From Amoebophrya sp. A120 (taxonomy: Eukaryota; Protista; Dinoflagellata), in NCBI GenBank assembly GCA_905178155.1, contig CAJINV010000008.1:2981303-3045302 (forward strand): a stretch of 64,000 nucleotides of DNA. Reading direction: 5' to 3'. A program made the translations under genes and the position numbers. The notes below the pieces were generated by a model. That model was given only the letters and a program-made list of their open reading frames with translations. It was not told where the DNA came from and ran no database searches. Below are positions 11,426 to 25,126 of this stretch, piece by piece (positions within the stretch are counted from its first letter, which is position 1; the number at the start of each line of letters is the position of its first letter).

Positions 11426-12883
11426 TGTTGATTACAGTATTTGTACATATAGTTCGGTCCTCCACGCGTTCGAATCATTCACGTTTTCTCACACATCGGA
11501 TAAAACAGTAGGTACAGCACACTTCGTCGTGCCAGGTATAGAGGATTTCAACACACCTATGATTGCCAGCTAAGAACTTGGAGTTAGAATGGCACGTGTT
11601 ATTATATATTCTATAGATACGCTTTTTAATTAGTCAGATACAACGCTTCATTCTGTTGTTGCTGTCCCTCCTCTTTTTGTACCAAAATTTTTGCCTTTCT
11701 TTTGGCTCCTCAACATGTAAGATAACACACTCATGGCGTAGTCAGTCCCTGACTATTCCGAATAACCGTGTACAGAAAATTATTGGCAGCTTGAATGTAC
11801 TTTGTATTATGTTGCTCCGCGGCCAACGAGAAAATTCTATGGTGCTCGTCACCTGCGACAATTGCAGATGATCGAAGAGCGAGGTCTTCTCAACCGCTCT
11901 CCAGGGGATGGTGGCGTTTTCTTGAAATTGCAGTGGCGCCACTTTTCACGACACTGTTGAACAGCAGTGCTGGTCACAATCGCATTCGGGCAAAGCAGAA
12001 CGGATCCAACTCGCCTTTCTGAAAAGCACACGTATTGATTGTTGTGACTCGTTATCGTTTCTTTTTCGGATCGTTTCTTTCATCTCCCGGCTCACTTTTT
12101 CGTTATTGGAGCGATTGGTACAACAACGTACAAGAGAACGACCGAGCGACGATCTCATGCCTAAGAGAACGATTATCAAGAGCCTGTCCAAAAACGGCAA
12201 CTCGAAGGTTCTCCTGAGGATCAAGGCTTGTGTGCCGCGGTCCAAGAATCATCGTGGACTTCGATCTAGCTCCAGTAAAGACCACTATTATTTGATACGT
12301 AGCAAGTTTGAGCATGGATCTCGTTCTCGAAGTGCATCTCGATAAAAATTAGGAGAAAGATATAAGCCACCGAATCCGAAACCGAATTGTTTCGTGACTG
12401 AAGAACGTGATGATATAGGAATGAGATATCGAAACAGCAGGATGATCAGCAGTTGTTGAGGTTGTGCATACACTCAATCAACAGTCATCCGTTTTTCTGA
12501 CAACACGATGTCCGAAAAGATTCACTTTCGTCTCGCTCGCCATGGAAGATCGATATTTATGGTGGCTCTGGGCCGTGTGTGAACCATTTCAAAAGACTTT
12601 TTTCGTCAAAATGTCTGTGCACTCATTTGAGTTTTGAAATTATGTTTCGTTATTTCCTGATGAAACTCGTTTCGTTATCGAATCGTTCTACACTCAGTAA
12701 GCCCGCAAATGCGTGTTCATCTTCAGCGCTAACTTGAAAAAAAATTTTCTAGACCTGTGAAGCGCAGACGTGCAAGGCTTTTTTTACGTATTTTGTGATT
12801 GTAGAAACGAATCAAACGTAGCGGAAGCTACAACATCTGTGGTATTGCCCACCCGGCGGGCCGAATAAAATTATTCTTTGTTG

Positions 12884-13518
12884 TATGACACAAATAACTC
12901 AACCAAAGGCATTTTACCATGCCCCATAAAGCAAAAAAAATTAGCTGGGAGGTTTGCTTGTTTTTGCAATGCAAATAGTTGAGCGCCTAAAGTCATGTAG
13001 CCACTCAACAAGGACGCTAGATAAGGCGCTTTTGCGTGGTGAAAGGAGCCCTCCTAAAGTGGACTCTTGTGGTCCACAGATTCGGTTTGTTGAGATTCTC
13101 TGGTGGGAAAGATGCCCCGCAGTTTTTTGAAATGCTTCCGCTACGGGAGATCCCCCGTCAGCGATCCCCATCAGCTGGAGACTTTCAGAGGCCTCGCACC
13201 ATCGGTCTTTGAGAAAAAAAGCATCCCCATACAGGAAAATAGCCAACCCCCCCTGGCGATGCTTTGCATAACGCCTGTCGCCGCCAGGCTTCAGCTTCTC
13301 TTGATCTTATAAAAATGCAGGCGAATCCCTGGACCGGGAGAGTCCACTTCCGGGCTTCTTTCGCCATGCAGTAGTGCCCTATCTAGCTCGCGCAATCAAT
13401 CGACAGACTACAAAGTGGCTCGCTTCACAAGCGCCTTGTAATTCCGTTTTGCCCTAGTCAAAATTTTTTTTTCGATCCCCCATGGTATTTTGAGTTTGGT
13501 TGAGTTATTTGTGTCATA
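12884..13518. mobile_element. MITE-like element (635 bp) with perfect 24-bp TIR and TSD TGTTG, upstream of the SNF2 gene
   Basis: TATGACACAAATAACTCAACCAAA at 12884 and its reverse complement ending at 13518; TGTTG on both sides. Confidence 0.92.
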
Positions 13519-13770
13519 TGTTGAAAATCCTAGGACCATCGACGACTTGAGTCAACATTTCAAAGCAAAGAAAGCGCTTTTTGGAGTCAAATTGTTGTTT
13601 TAATCTCATACTTTCATGTGATGTTTATGTGAAAACGGCTTTCGAACCGATTCGACTATCTACTTACTCGCACAGCTCATCGGAGGACAGAAGCAAAAAA
13701 TATAAAACTGATCTGTCTACCCCTACTCCTTATAAATATACTAGTAGAACAAGCACGACGTTTAAATACC

Positions 13771-16700
13771 ATGCCCGAGGGTGGCGACAAGTCCGCATCC
13801 GAGCTTAGGGAGCTCCTGCACAAAAAGAGAAATCGTGTGCAAGAAAGTGGTGACAAGTTGTCCACTCCCGCGGGCTCTCCGCCACCGCATAACAGCAACG
13901 TGAAGATGAAAAACGAAGGCGACGACCAAGTAGAAGAGGACATCGACAAGCAGGAGCGTCTGCTGGGCAGCACGCCGCGGGCGCACAAGAAGCGCAAGCT
14001 TTTCGACGATGTTTTTTCCTTCTCCCCGGAGGAAGAAGAGCTCCGGCACGACCAGAATCATCCTCGTCGCGGGTGGCAGGAGGGGCTGCTTGAAACCGCG
14101 GAGCATGATGATTTTGATTTTCCTCCACGAGGATCTGGGCCGCTTGGCGGCTTCGGGAACAACTACGGCAGCGCTGACGGCGAATCAGACATGAAGGAGA
14201 ACAGCGTGGGCAAGAGGAGTGGCGCTTTGAAGAACATTCCGGGCCTGACGAAGAAAAACGATGCCGGCCCGAACGAGGTGCAGAGAGATGAAAGTGACGA
14301 CGCGGACAAGAGCGACGACGAAGAGGGGCTACTGGAAGAGAGCCACGTGCTTCTTTCCTCCCCCAGCGGAGCAGCTCCTCTTCTCGAAGCAGAGGACCTC
14401 GACGATGTTGAGCTGGGGTCGTTTCTGGACCCCTACCCGGAGTTTGCGTCCCCCGTCACCGTATGCATTGCAACTATGTACTCTGGGGAGTCTGGAAGTA
14501 CCAGAGTGCAAGACTTGTGAGGTTGTGCAGCAAGGACAGCGAAACGGGAAAAGCTCTGATGCATGTAGCGCAACAACTGTGCCTGTGTGTTGCTGTTTGT
14601 GCTGCAACAAAGCGACGATTTCGCATCCGGAGAAGGCAAGAACAGATAGCCTCTAGAAAACTTGTCACGCAGAGCTCCGTAGCGACGTGTCCTTGAATGT
14701 CATGTGCATGCTTGACAGCCGCATGACAACTCTCCAGACCCAAACATATTTGCGATGCATAGACCGAATTTCGCGTCGCGATCAGCAACCGGCGGGTTTG
14801 GTCCCTCGGCCTGGAAAATGGTGAGCGATTCGACGTGACCAGGAATGGAACCCTGGTCAAAGACGGCGGCGTGACGGTGACGGGGAAAACACTGGTCCTG
14901 GCGCGGGGGAAAAGCGTGGTACAGACGAAGGTGGACACGCTGGTAAAGGCCATGCGGGACGCTAAGGGGACGCCGGTGCGCTTCAAGTTCACGGCTGCGG
15001 TAGGAACACTATGTTTATTTTTTGATGGCTCAAATAAAATGAGATGTTGATGTTAAGTAGTTCTACTTGCATGATCAAGTCGTCCGCTTATTTCTTTGAG
15101 CATTCAAGATTTTTTTTGACTTTTGTTTTCCGAGGTACACCCGTAGACGTTTATTTCAGTTTTTCACTACCCAGGAACGGAAGAAGCTGGATGCTGCTCT
15201 TGGGTTTGCCACCCGCAAAGACGACGAGGAGGCTCAGCACTGGTCCAAAGTAGAAAAGGCGGAGGAAGAGTTTGTGTGGAACGACGGCGACCCGAAATGG
15301 CAGAAGGTGAAGGTGAAAGGCAAGGTGCAAGCTAGGAAGGCGGCGCAGAAAACGGGGAAAGATCGGGAGCAGATGAACCGGCGCGAGGGGGACAAGGTCT
15401 TTGCCGCGGTCTACAAGACACTGCATGAGAAGTACGGGAAGAACGAAGTTGTGCAGGGAGGTGCAGCTGCGTCCTCGTCGAAGCCACAAGCGAAAAAAAG
15501 CAGCAGTAGCAGCAGCAATAAGCTGGCGGAAGAACTTCAAACCGGATGCTCCCTCGTATTTTCGCAAGCTCAGTTTGTCGAGTGGTTCGGCAACCTGGAC
15601 GGCAACACGCAGCGCGCGTTCGCAAACGTGGCGAAAGCCCAGTTTCAGCCGGAGAAGTACCAAGATGCAGGAGGAGCCGAAGGTGAAAATATTTTTAAAC
15701 TGCCAGGGCAGCAAGATGAAAAACAGCCCTTCGCTGCTGCACCTTCTGAAGGACATCAAAAGCAAGCAAAAGGGGCCAAGATGCCGGCTGCAGAGGCCGC
15801 GATGGAACAGTTGAACCACGGGAAGAAGAAGAACAGTCGCGTGCAGCTTCGGAAGGAAGAAAAAAATATTTTTGGCCTTGAAAAGAAAACCAAAAAACAG
15901 CCGATCCTGTCCGATCCCAATTTTCCGATGGAGAACCGGGCCGGCTCCTTTCGCGATCCGTCGATGCTGGGAGCCGTGGGCGCGTACTTCAGTGCGGACG
16001 AGACCCGGCAGCATCGGTGTTTCACGTTGTCCCGGGACCTGCTGTCCTTGCTGGGCCTGGGCGGGTCCCGCGGCAACACGTTTTTCCGTCGGGACACAAC
16101 GTTGGTAAATAAAACCGACGTCGAGGAGGCGAAGCGGTTTGACAAGCTCGCGTTGCAGGTGCCGGGCTACCAGTGGGACCGCGGCGGCGACGCACTGCAC
16201 AGCGCGAGCGGGTTCGGGGTGCAGGGCTGCATTCTGCCCATCGTCCGCGTCGCGGTCACCGCCGATCCGGCGAACAAAAAAACCGCGGCGGTGCTGTCCT
16301 TTCAGATCGAGCTGATCAACGTCGGCGGCCAGCTGTTGCACGAGCTGCAGGCGAAGATGCGGTTTCCCTGCCGCAGTCTGCGGGCCAAGGTGTCCATCGC
16401 GATGGAAATGGAAACAAAATTTCCGAAAAAGGCGATTTTGCAGATGGCTGACAAGAAGAACTCGAGTTCTTCATCTCCTTTTGCGAAAAGGGATGATCAA
16501 ATACTGAAACACGCCGAGGACAAGATGGACACGGGCGAGGATGAAGACGACGCGGGGGCCGAAGACGACGTCAACAGCAGTGCCTACTGGATCCCCAGCA
16601 ACGACGCTGACGTAACCCCGGACCAGCCACCGCACTGGAGCAAGCAGCACCCCTTGCGGCCCGAGCAGCTGCGGGCGCTTGGCTGGTTGACGCGCAAGGA

Positions 16701-19700
16701 GCGCGCGGTGGACCACTTCAGGTGCGTGATTCCGGTCTTCAATGCCGCGGCCGATCTGGTGGACACCGAGGGTCTGAAATCCTCGCTGGAAAATTTTACC
16801 TCCGAAGATGACCACAAGAAGCCCGCTGCAGCGCAGAAAAACAACGCGAAGAAAGTGAAGAAGGAAAAGCAGCTGCAGCCCATGAAGAAGAAAAACGCGG
16901 CGGTGGCGGCGAATAAAAAGAACGTCGCCGACGAGTTGTTCGGCCTGGGAGCAGCAGGAGATGAAGAAGAGGTGGAAGGAAATATTAGCAAAATAAATCC
17001 GAAAAAATCCGTCAGTAAGGCGAGCAGCCTGCAAGAACCGACATCGGAGGAAATAGGGGAAAAGGCCGACAACGACCCGCTTGAAGCCAACTGGTGCGCT
17101 TATTCGGAGTTGGAGGCCGAATACCTCGTGCGGGGCGGGTTGCTCTGCGACAAGCCCGGACACGGGAAGACGGCCACGATGATCGGGGTGATTCTGAACG
17201 GGATCGCGCGTCCCTTTGGCGATGCGTTCGAACCGGACCCAGGCTGTTTCAGCGCGCCGGAGACGACGCTGATCCTGGTGCCGAAACGGCTCGTGCGCCA
17301 GTGGGAGGAAGAGTTCGAGAAGTTTTGCGAGCCGCAGTTCTACCGCGACCACTTGCGAACCAGGATCCGCGTCATTGAGACGGCGGACCAGTTCCAAAAG
17401 CTGACCGTGAAGGACATCCAGAACACGTGGGTGCTGCTGATGCCCTTCGACGTGCCGTTTCACAAGTCCCTCAAGGAGCGCGCGCGCGACTTGGGAATCG
17501 GTGTGGGGGGCCAAGCTGAGGCGCAGTTCACGCCGAACAACTGCTGCATGCGGCTGTTGCGCCATGCGACCTACCTGTTCCAACAGCACGTCGCGAAAAG
17601 CAAGAACAAAAAGAAGAAGAAGCCGGCCAAGACCGAGGCGGAGCTGAGGTTCGAGGAAGAAGACAAGGAGCTGCGCGCGCGACTGCGCGCGTACCGCAAG
17701 GCGCGGGAATTTCAGGACAAGCGCCACGAGGAGAAAGACGGACAAGGCTACGTGGACGACTTTTGGAAGCGCGACGACGGGTCGATGGAATCCTACATTG
17801 TCAAGGAGCAAGTGCTGAATCCCAACTTCTACAAAAATTTTTACAACAACTACAATTACTACAACCCGTGGGGTATAAATCGATTCTATGGAGGTGGATA
17901 CAATTATGGCGGCAACGCCAACCAGCAGCAGCAGAACCAGAATCAGAAGAAGAAGGAACCCCCGGAACCGAGGTACATCACGCGCGACGTGACCAAGTAT
18001 CGCAAAAAAGGTCGGGTCGTCCCGGAGAACCTGCGGTCGGACGCCGCGAACCTGGAGTTCCCCGTGCTCGAACAGATCAAGTTTGGTCGCATCGTGTTCG
18101 ACGAGTTTCACGAGAGCGAGTCTTTCAAGAGCCGCGAGGTGCACACGTTGTGCAACCTGCAGGCCCACGCGCGCTTTGGGCTGACCGGCACTCCCAAGCA
18201 AGAGGACACTCGGAGTATCGTCGCAGCGGCCTCCCTGTTTCAAGTGGACTTTGTCGGCCAGGACACCGCGGACGCACTGATGCTGAACAAAATCGAGTAT
18301 TCCTCCAGCAAATTTCTGGACCTGCTCAAGAGCAAGGGGGAAAAGGAGTTTTCTAAGACCTGGTCGCAGGATTTGAAGGTCGACTGGCGCAACGTGTACG
18401 CAGAGAAACTCGACGAGTACAGCTTCGGCGAGGCCCGCCATTTCGGGTCGAAGGTTTTCGACGCGGACAAGGTTGCCCGGTTTTGCAACTGCTGCGGCCA
18501 AGCCGCCCCCAGAAGTAGTAGCCCCGACGGGTCGACGTTCTTCGGCGGTCTTGATAATCCGGAGTTTACCTGCAACTTTTGCGGGGAAAAGAACCACGTG
18601 GCTCCGACCATGTTGCAGGTGCAGGACGCCGGGGGTGCAGGAGCGTCCTCCGCCCTGGGAGGTCCGCGTTCGGGGAAGTCGAAAAAGCGGCCGAAGGAGG
18701 AAGATCAGGTGGCGATGTACAAGTACAAGGTCCAGGAGCGCGAGTTCTTGCTGCAGCGGGCGGCGTTTCTGTCGAAGCATGCCTGGGACCGGAGCGCGTA
18801 CTTTCGCAAGTACGCGCAGGAATTTGTGGAGCACTTCATGCGGCAGAACAGCATCAAGGGCGTGGAGGACGAAATCAAGATTGTCGAGAAGGTCGTCCGC
18901 GTGGTGCTGAAGCCCGAGGAGCGGGTGCTGTACAAAAACAAGGAGCAGAGTCTGGCATACGCGCTGGCGTCCTCCTCCGCGGCAGAGGAAAAGTTGGTTT
19001 CGGTGCTCGAAGTGGAGCAGTTCGGGTTGCTTGATGACGAAGCGGAAGAAGAAGATGTCCCCAACGACGATGAAGGTGGCGCTGTTGGTTCTGGTGTCCT
19101 CGCCAAGAAAAACCCGAACAAGGCCCAGGTGGTGCAGCACAACAACCACGAGAAGCTGGCCGTGCGGAAGGGCTACCTGAGTGCGGAGGATCTGAAGAAG
19201 CGCACCGCGCTGCTGAAGCTCTGCTGCCACTTCCAGAACAAGAACGATAATGCGGGCTCGGCGAAGGAGCAGGTTGCGGAGGTAGCTGAAAAGAAGCGCC
19301 AGGAGACCGAGCTGCGCAAGAAGGAAATCCACAAAATCCTTCTCAAAATGCTCTGCTACGAGCGCGCGGCCACGTTTTTCCGGGGCGTTAAACTGAAGCG
19401 GGTTACCGCCGACCTGGAGAGGATTTCGCTCGACGACGTGACGGCAATTCTGAATTCCGCGCTGCGCATCGAGCAAACAAGCGCCGGCTCGTCGTCCTCC
19501 GCGGGACCCAACAAGAAGGCGAAGAACAAAAAAGATCAGCAGCAGAGCAACAAGCTGCCGAACAGCAACAGTGCCGTTAAGGAACAACACCAACCGAAGA
19601 AGTTGTCCAAGGAGGCCGAAGCCTTCGAGGCACTGGTCCAGAGCGCCATGGATTTCTGGGTGACGCACGACGCCCTGGACAACCTCGACCTCCTCGGCGC

Positions 19701-22700
19701 GGCCTTCGGAAAACACAGCTACCCCCCGACGAAGCACCTGCTGCAAAAGGTCCTGCGCCGCGACCTGATGGAGCGCCACGTGGAGCGCGCCAGCATGGCG
19801 GCGGAGGATCAAGCACTAGCCCGTGGGAAGAGCGATGCGTCCTCGTCATTCAAGAAGAAAACCGAAAAGCAGCTCCGGACAGAGATGGATGGCAATTTGA
19901 AAGTGATTTTCGACGACTACGAAGAATTCGTGGACGGTTTCTGGCTGGAAGACGAAATCCGGAAAAAGTCCCGGCTCGCCAAGGCTCGCATGGAGGCCGC
20001 GCGGCTGCAGCAAAAGATCGCCAAAGCGGTGTGGAGCGGCGAAGACCAACAGCTGGTCGATTTCGACGATGGGACGGTCATCGATGTCAAGGACATTGCG
20101 CGTGCTCAGGTCGCGCGCACCTGCGAGGCTGGGATCCGGGACGCGCGGGGCAATTTTCTAGACCCCAATGACATGAGTATCGTTGACGTCAGTGTCGATG
20201 CCGGAGGCGGTGTCAACGGGAAGAGCAAGAAGAAGAACAACAATAATAAATCTGCCGGGCGCAGAAAAAATAAGAACGCCGGTTCAGCGCTGGATCTCTT
20301 CGTGGTTGACGACTCCGACGACGAAGAAGATGAAGTCCTGGATCCGCGCGATCGCGCTGCGGGGAATTGGGAGACGCTCGTGGGTCAGCTGCTAACGGCG
20401 AAGATGGAAGCCAAGCGCGGAAAGGAGTACGCCAAGGGCCTCGCTGAGTTCCGTGAATTCGGCGCCAAGCTGAAGGAACAGCTGCTGAAAACCGGGATGG
20501 AGATCCGGGAAACCATGGACGCCGAATTCGCCTTCCAACGGTTGTGCTCGGTGTCCGAAGGAAATTTGAACTACTTCAAAAGCGTGATGAGTTCCGACCT
20601 CGCGGACGCAGAGGAGATCGAGTGTACCATTTGCTACGACGACTTTGAGCCCAAGAACATGCTTTTGATCGAGCGGTGCTGCCACGTTTTCTGCGACGGC
20701 TGTCTGCGCGGTGCGTTGGCGGACCGCAGCAAGCCGCAGATGTGCCCGACCTGCCGCGGGCCCTGCTCCCTGGACAAAACATCGAACCTCGAAGAGGTGC
20801 TCCGGACCTACCGTGTGTACGAGCAGAAGTCCGGCGGGAAGTTCGGGCAGCTGCATCAACCACCGGCGAAAACAAGTAATGCTTTAGTTGTCGATTCCTC
20901 TGCTACCGAGCGCGAAAAAGAGGAGGACAAGCGGAAGATGATGTTGCAGCAGCCTGGTGCTGCTGGAGCTTCCGGGGCTGGTGCGGGTTCCGCTTCCTCC
21001 TCGTCCTCTTCTGGGCAGAACCAGCACGGTGGAGGCTTGCTGGGCCGACTGATGCAGAACGTTCCCTCGCTGCGCGGGGCTGGAAGAAGCGGAAGCAAGA
21101 ACATCAAACCGTGGAACAAGAAACTTTCGTGGCTGGAGGAGGAAAGCGTGAACGAAGAAATCGAAATGGAGTCGAAGTGGATGCAACAAGTCCCGCGAAA
21201 AGACAAACACGGCTCCAAGCTACACTACGTGGCAGCATTGCTGCAGAAAATTTTTGCCGAGGACCAGACGGCAAAAGTCATCATTTTCTCCCAGTTCGCG
21301 GACTTGCAGGCGCAGGTCCGGCACGCCCTAGACGAGTACGGAAGGGTGAACTTCGCCACGGTGAACGACCGCCAGGGGCTGCAGGCCTTCCAGAAGAAAC
21401 TGACCCCCGAGCTGGTGGCCGAGTTGGGTCCGGCCGCGCTGGCGGAGGAAACCCGCGTGCTCCTGCTGTCGCTGGAAAAAGAGGCGAGTGGACTGAATTT
21501 GACTTCCGCGAACCACGTCTTCCTCCTGCACCCGATGTGCACTGAGACCGTGGACAAGGCGTGCGCCTTTGAGCTGCAGGCCATGGCGCGGGTGCGCCGG
21601 TTGGGGCAGGTCCGCAAGGAGGTCACCATGTGGCGGCTGGTCACGGCCGACACGGTGGAGCAGGACTTGGTGCTAGAACACCGGCAGCAGATCGACGCGC
21701 GGCGAAAGCACAAGGAAGAGCACGCCAAGAAGGTGGCCGCACGCGAGCTGGCCAGCAAGCAGAAGGACAAGGAGCTTCAGGCTCGGGTGGACGCCGGCAC
21801 AGCGAAGAACCAGGCCGCGGCGACTGGCGCAATGAACGGAAAGGAACTTCCAGCAGATGAATTACTAGCGGGAGGCTCTTTACCTTCGCGCGGAGCAAGT
21901 GGTAAAAATGAAGCATTGTTTCAGCATCCGGAGGACGAGCAGGATTTTTTGCAGGAGGAAGAAGATCTCGATGTTGACATGGAAGATTTTATGCTGCACG
22001 ACCAGCAGAGTCGTGCTGGTAATGGTAAAACGAACAACAGCCAGAACAGTTTCGGTTTCTTTGGGAACAAGGATAAGCCCGGCGGCCTCTCGTCGTCCTC
22101 TTCTTCCTCGAGCGCCACCGGTAGTTCCGGTGTCTTCGGATTCGGAGGTTCGGGTGCGTCCAGCAGTTCGGGAGGTTCCGGGGCCGCTGCGTCCTCCAGC
22201 TCTGCGGCCCGTGGCGGTGTGTTTTCTGGTTCGGGAAGAAGCTTTCACCTCTTCGGCTGGAGCGGAACTGCTTCAGGTGAAGAGGGAGAAGCTCGTCCTG
22301 CGCAGGAACCAGGCGGAGGACCGAGCAGCGCTTCGACTGGTGCAGCTTCCTTCTGGTTCCCCCGAGCCGGCCTCTTCGGGGGTGCAGATCGCAATAATGC
22401 GTCCTCTGTTCGTCCAGTTCAGCAGGAGAGTGAAGGTCCACCGGAGGAGTCGGGCTCCGCTGACGACTTCGAGGATATGGAGGACGACCTGCTCCAGGAC
22501 GACCAGGTGTGGCGGCCGCCGCCGCCGGCACCACCGGCGCTTCCTCAGCAACAGAATCAAGGCTCCTCCGCGTCCTCCTCTTCGTCTTCTGGCTTGCACG
22601 TCAGAAACCAGGACCTCCAGCACTTGCAGCAGAACCCGAATGACAAGAGCGCTGGAAAAAATAATCCGCAAGATGAACCAGACGGAACCGCAGCAAATCG

Positions 22701-22953
22701 CGAGCACGACCAGGACGAAGTGATTGAGCTCACCAGCGACGAGAACGACAGGGACTTGCAAGTGCAAGACGTGGACCAGGAGCAACAAGGCGGCGACGCT
22801 CAAGCTGCTGGGCAGCAAAACCTCCAAGTGCCTGACCTGGTTTCCAGTCTCGTCGCGATGGGTTTCACCCGGGCACTGGCGGTCGAGGCGGCGCGGCAGA
22901 ACGATTCCCTACCCGAAGCCGTTGATTACTGTCTTGCGAAAAAGTTCGAGTAA
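13771..22953 (+). CDS. RAD5/RAD16-like SNF2 helicase with C3HC4 RING and C-terminal UBA; exons ~13771-14461, 14767-14999, 15175-22953
   Basis: Motifs GGLLCDKPGHGKT, TLILVP..QW, RIVFDEFH, GLTGTP, RING CTIC..CCHVFCDGC..CPTC, KVIIFSQF, GLNLTSANHVF, QAMARVRRLGQ, UBA LVAMGF..AVDYCL. Exons join in frame through one introner and one GT-AG intron (15000-15174). Confidence 0.9.
14462..14761. mobile_element. Introner related to family A, TSD CACCG/GACCG
   Basis: TATGCATTGCAA / TTGCGATGCATA; join PVTEFRV. Confidence 0.85.
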
Positions 22954-25126
22954 GTCGCAAATACTCGATATATTCGGTGCCCCGCGAGTAAGTCGCAAAT
23001 ATTAGAAGCTTCAGGAATAAAAGTCAGCTTCAGGAGGAACAGGTACAGAATCACCACCGAAAATGGGAGTGTGCTGCAGCCTTCGCGTTACATTGCCACG
23101 GTTGTCGACTCCCACGCTCAGCTGGGGTGGAGGCAACCCGGTGGTGTGACTAGCTGCGTACTGACCAATGTGAGCAACCGTAGCATTGTCGCGAGGAGGA
23201 GGGAACAGCAGTCCGGAGACCGGTGGATTCGCAATGCGAGAAGCCGGAGAAGGGGTCAGACCGCAACCTACAGAACACGAATTGGAACCGCGATGAGATG
23301 ATGACGACGAGCCTGGATCAACACCATTTCCGATCTGAAGTTGTCATTAGATGCCTTGCAGTTTTATGCTTGTGCCTATGTATTTAAAAAAAAAAAAATA
23401 AAAATAAAAGTCAGAGATCTTCATTCATCAGAATTGCAGTGAACAATCCCGCTGCTCGTCACGTCCTCTTCCAAATGCACGCCTGCAGAGATTTTTTAAT
23501 TTAGCGAATACTTTTTACGTGAAACTGCCACTGAAACACCAGCGGTTTTCTAATTTTACTCTCGAACAAGTATAGAAGCCTACGTCCCATATTGTTAGAC
23601 ACAGAGAGAACATGGATATAATTTTCCAAAATTAATTTCAATCTTTTCATTGAATAGCGTCGACCGAGCAAAGCATCTACATTTTCCGCTGCTATCTAGT
23701 GCATTTGACATCCCCATCAATGATGTGTTTGCTTATGGATCGCTGATAATATTCTTCGGAAAAATAATTAAAAAATAAGCGTTAGTACTAGTTTCAGGAG
23801 CATATCTTTGTATATGATCGTATTCTCTGATCGTATTTTCTTGATCACCTGGGTATTTTCTTGAGGCTCAGGTCGAGATTAGTCGGACAAAACAGAAAGT
23901 TCTATGTGTTTCTTGATGATGTAGTTGCCTTCTGTCCAAGCGAGATTCCAGATAACAACTCGCACGTATAAGTAAGTAGAAAAACGTAAACGTAAAATCG
24001 TGAAGGCCAGAGTCGCAGTTGGCCTGTGTCTACTAGTGTCAAATCGTGTCGCTAAGCCACCGCCACGATATCTTATCAATCTCTTCATGGACCTTCCTAC
24101 AAATGTCAAATGAAGCCACTTCTCTTGATGTTAAAGACGAGTTTAACGAAAAAAAAGACCGCTCTGTTGACTGGATAAAACTGTATGCATTCGATATTTA
24201 GTTCTAGGTGATTATGGCTCACCTGCTGGGCCTAGTGAAGCAAGAAGGACACTCTAGTTGATGCCGATAGCGATACGACAACAAACCGGCGGCATTTAAT
24301 TTTGAGATGACAACGACAATACATAGATCTTCGATGGTCTATGAAAGCGAGATGAAGGAAAACAAACTTACTACCGAAAACCAAGGAGAGCAGGCGTCGC
24401 CCTTGCTCAACGAAAGTAGCTGTCAACGAAACGACCTTTTGTTCTTACAGTGGGCCGCCGGCTAATGCAAAAATCTTTGAATAGCATCTCGGTCGGACGA
24501 CTTCCTTGCAGCTCTCGCGGTAGCCCCTACATCTTTTTGCGACGTTGCGTCAGGGAAAATTGAGTGCGATTTGCTTCTATCCCTCTCATTGATCATCTGT
24601 TTCGATCTGACTGGCGCTGTGACCTGTGACCATCGGCATCTGTCTTTACCGGAGCACGTTAAAAGTCGTGGCTTCCCCGTGAGCGCAGCACCAGGACCAG
24701 CAGCTGCAGAAACAGATCACTCAGTAGATCGTGGCTCCTTCTCTGTGTCGAGCCATCAAGTTCGCACTTTGCTACGGGAGGAACGATTCACGCACTGAAA
24801 CTGACCAGATCACTTTCGTGCGCGACAGATGTGATATGATCTCTTCAGTAGTTGTACTTTACCCGAACATAAAGCAAAAGAGGTTTCCTCACTCTCTTAG
24901 CCGTACTCGTGTTTTACTTTTCTTGTGGTTTATAGTTTTCCTTGCTTTTTGATCTTTGGTGACTTGCATTGTTGCAATAGTAGGCAAATAAAATAAAAAC
25001 TTTGTTGCCTATTATATGCACAACTTTATAATTGGACTGGCACGACAACTCTCACTTTGCTTCTGTCCCTGTCGTGATCAGGTCCTTGATGTAGCTTTGA
25101 GAGATTTAGCTCCGAACCGCGAAGCG

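Noticed and set aside
16471-19812. 1113-aa antisense ORF (and 15151-16341)
   Set aside because: Shadow of the codon-biased SNF2 exon; no motifs of its own.
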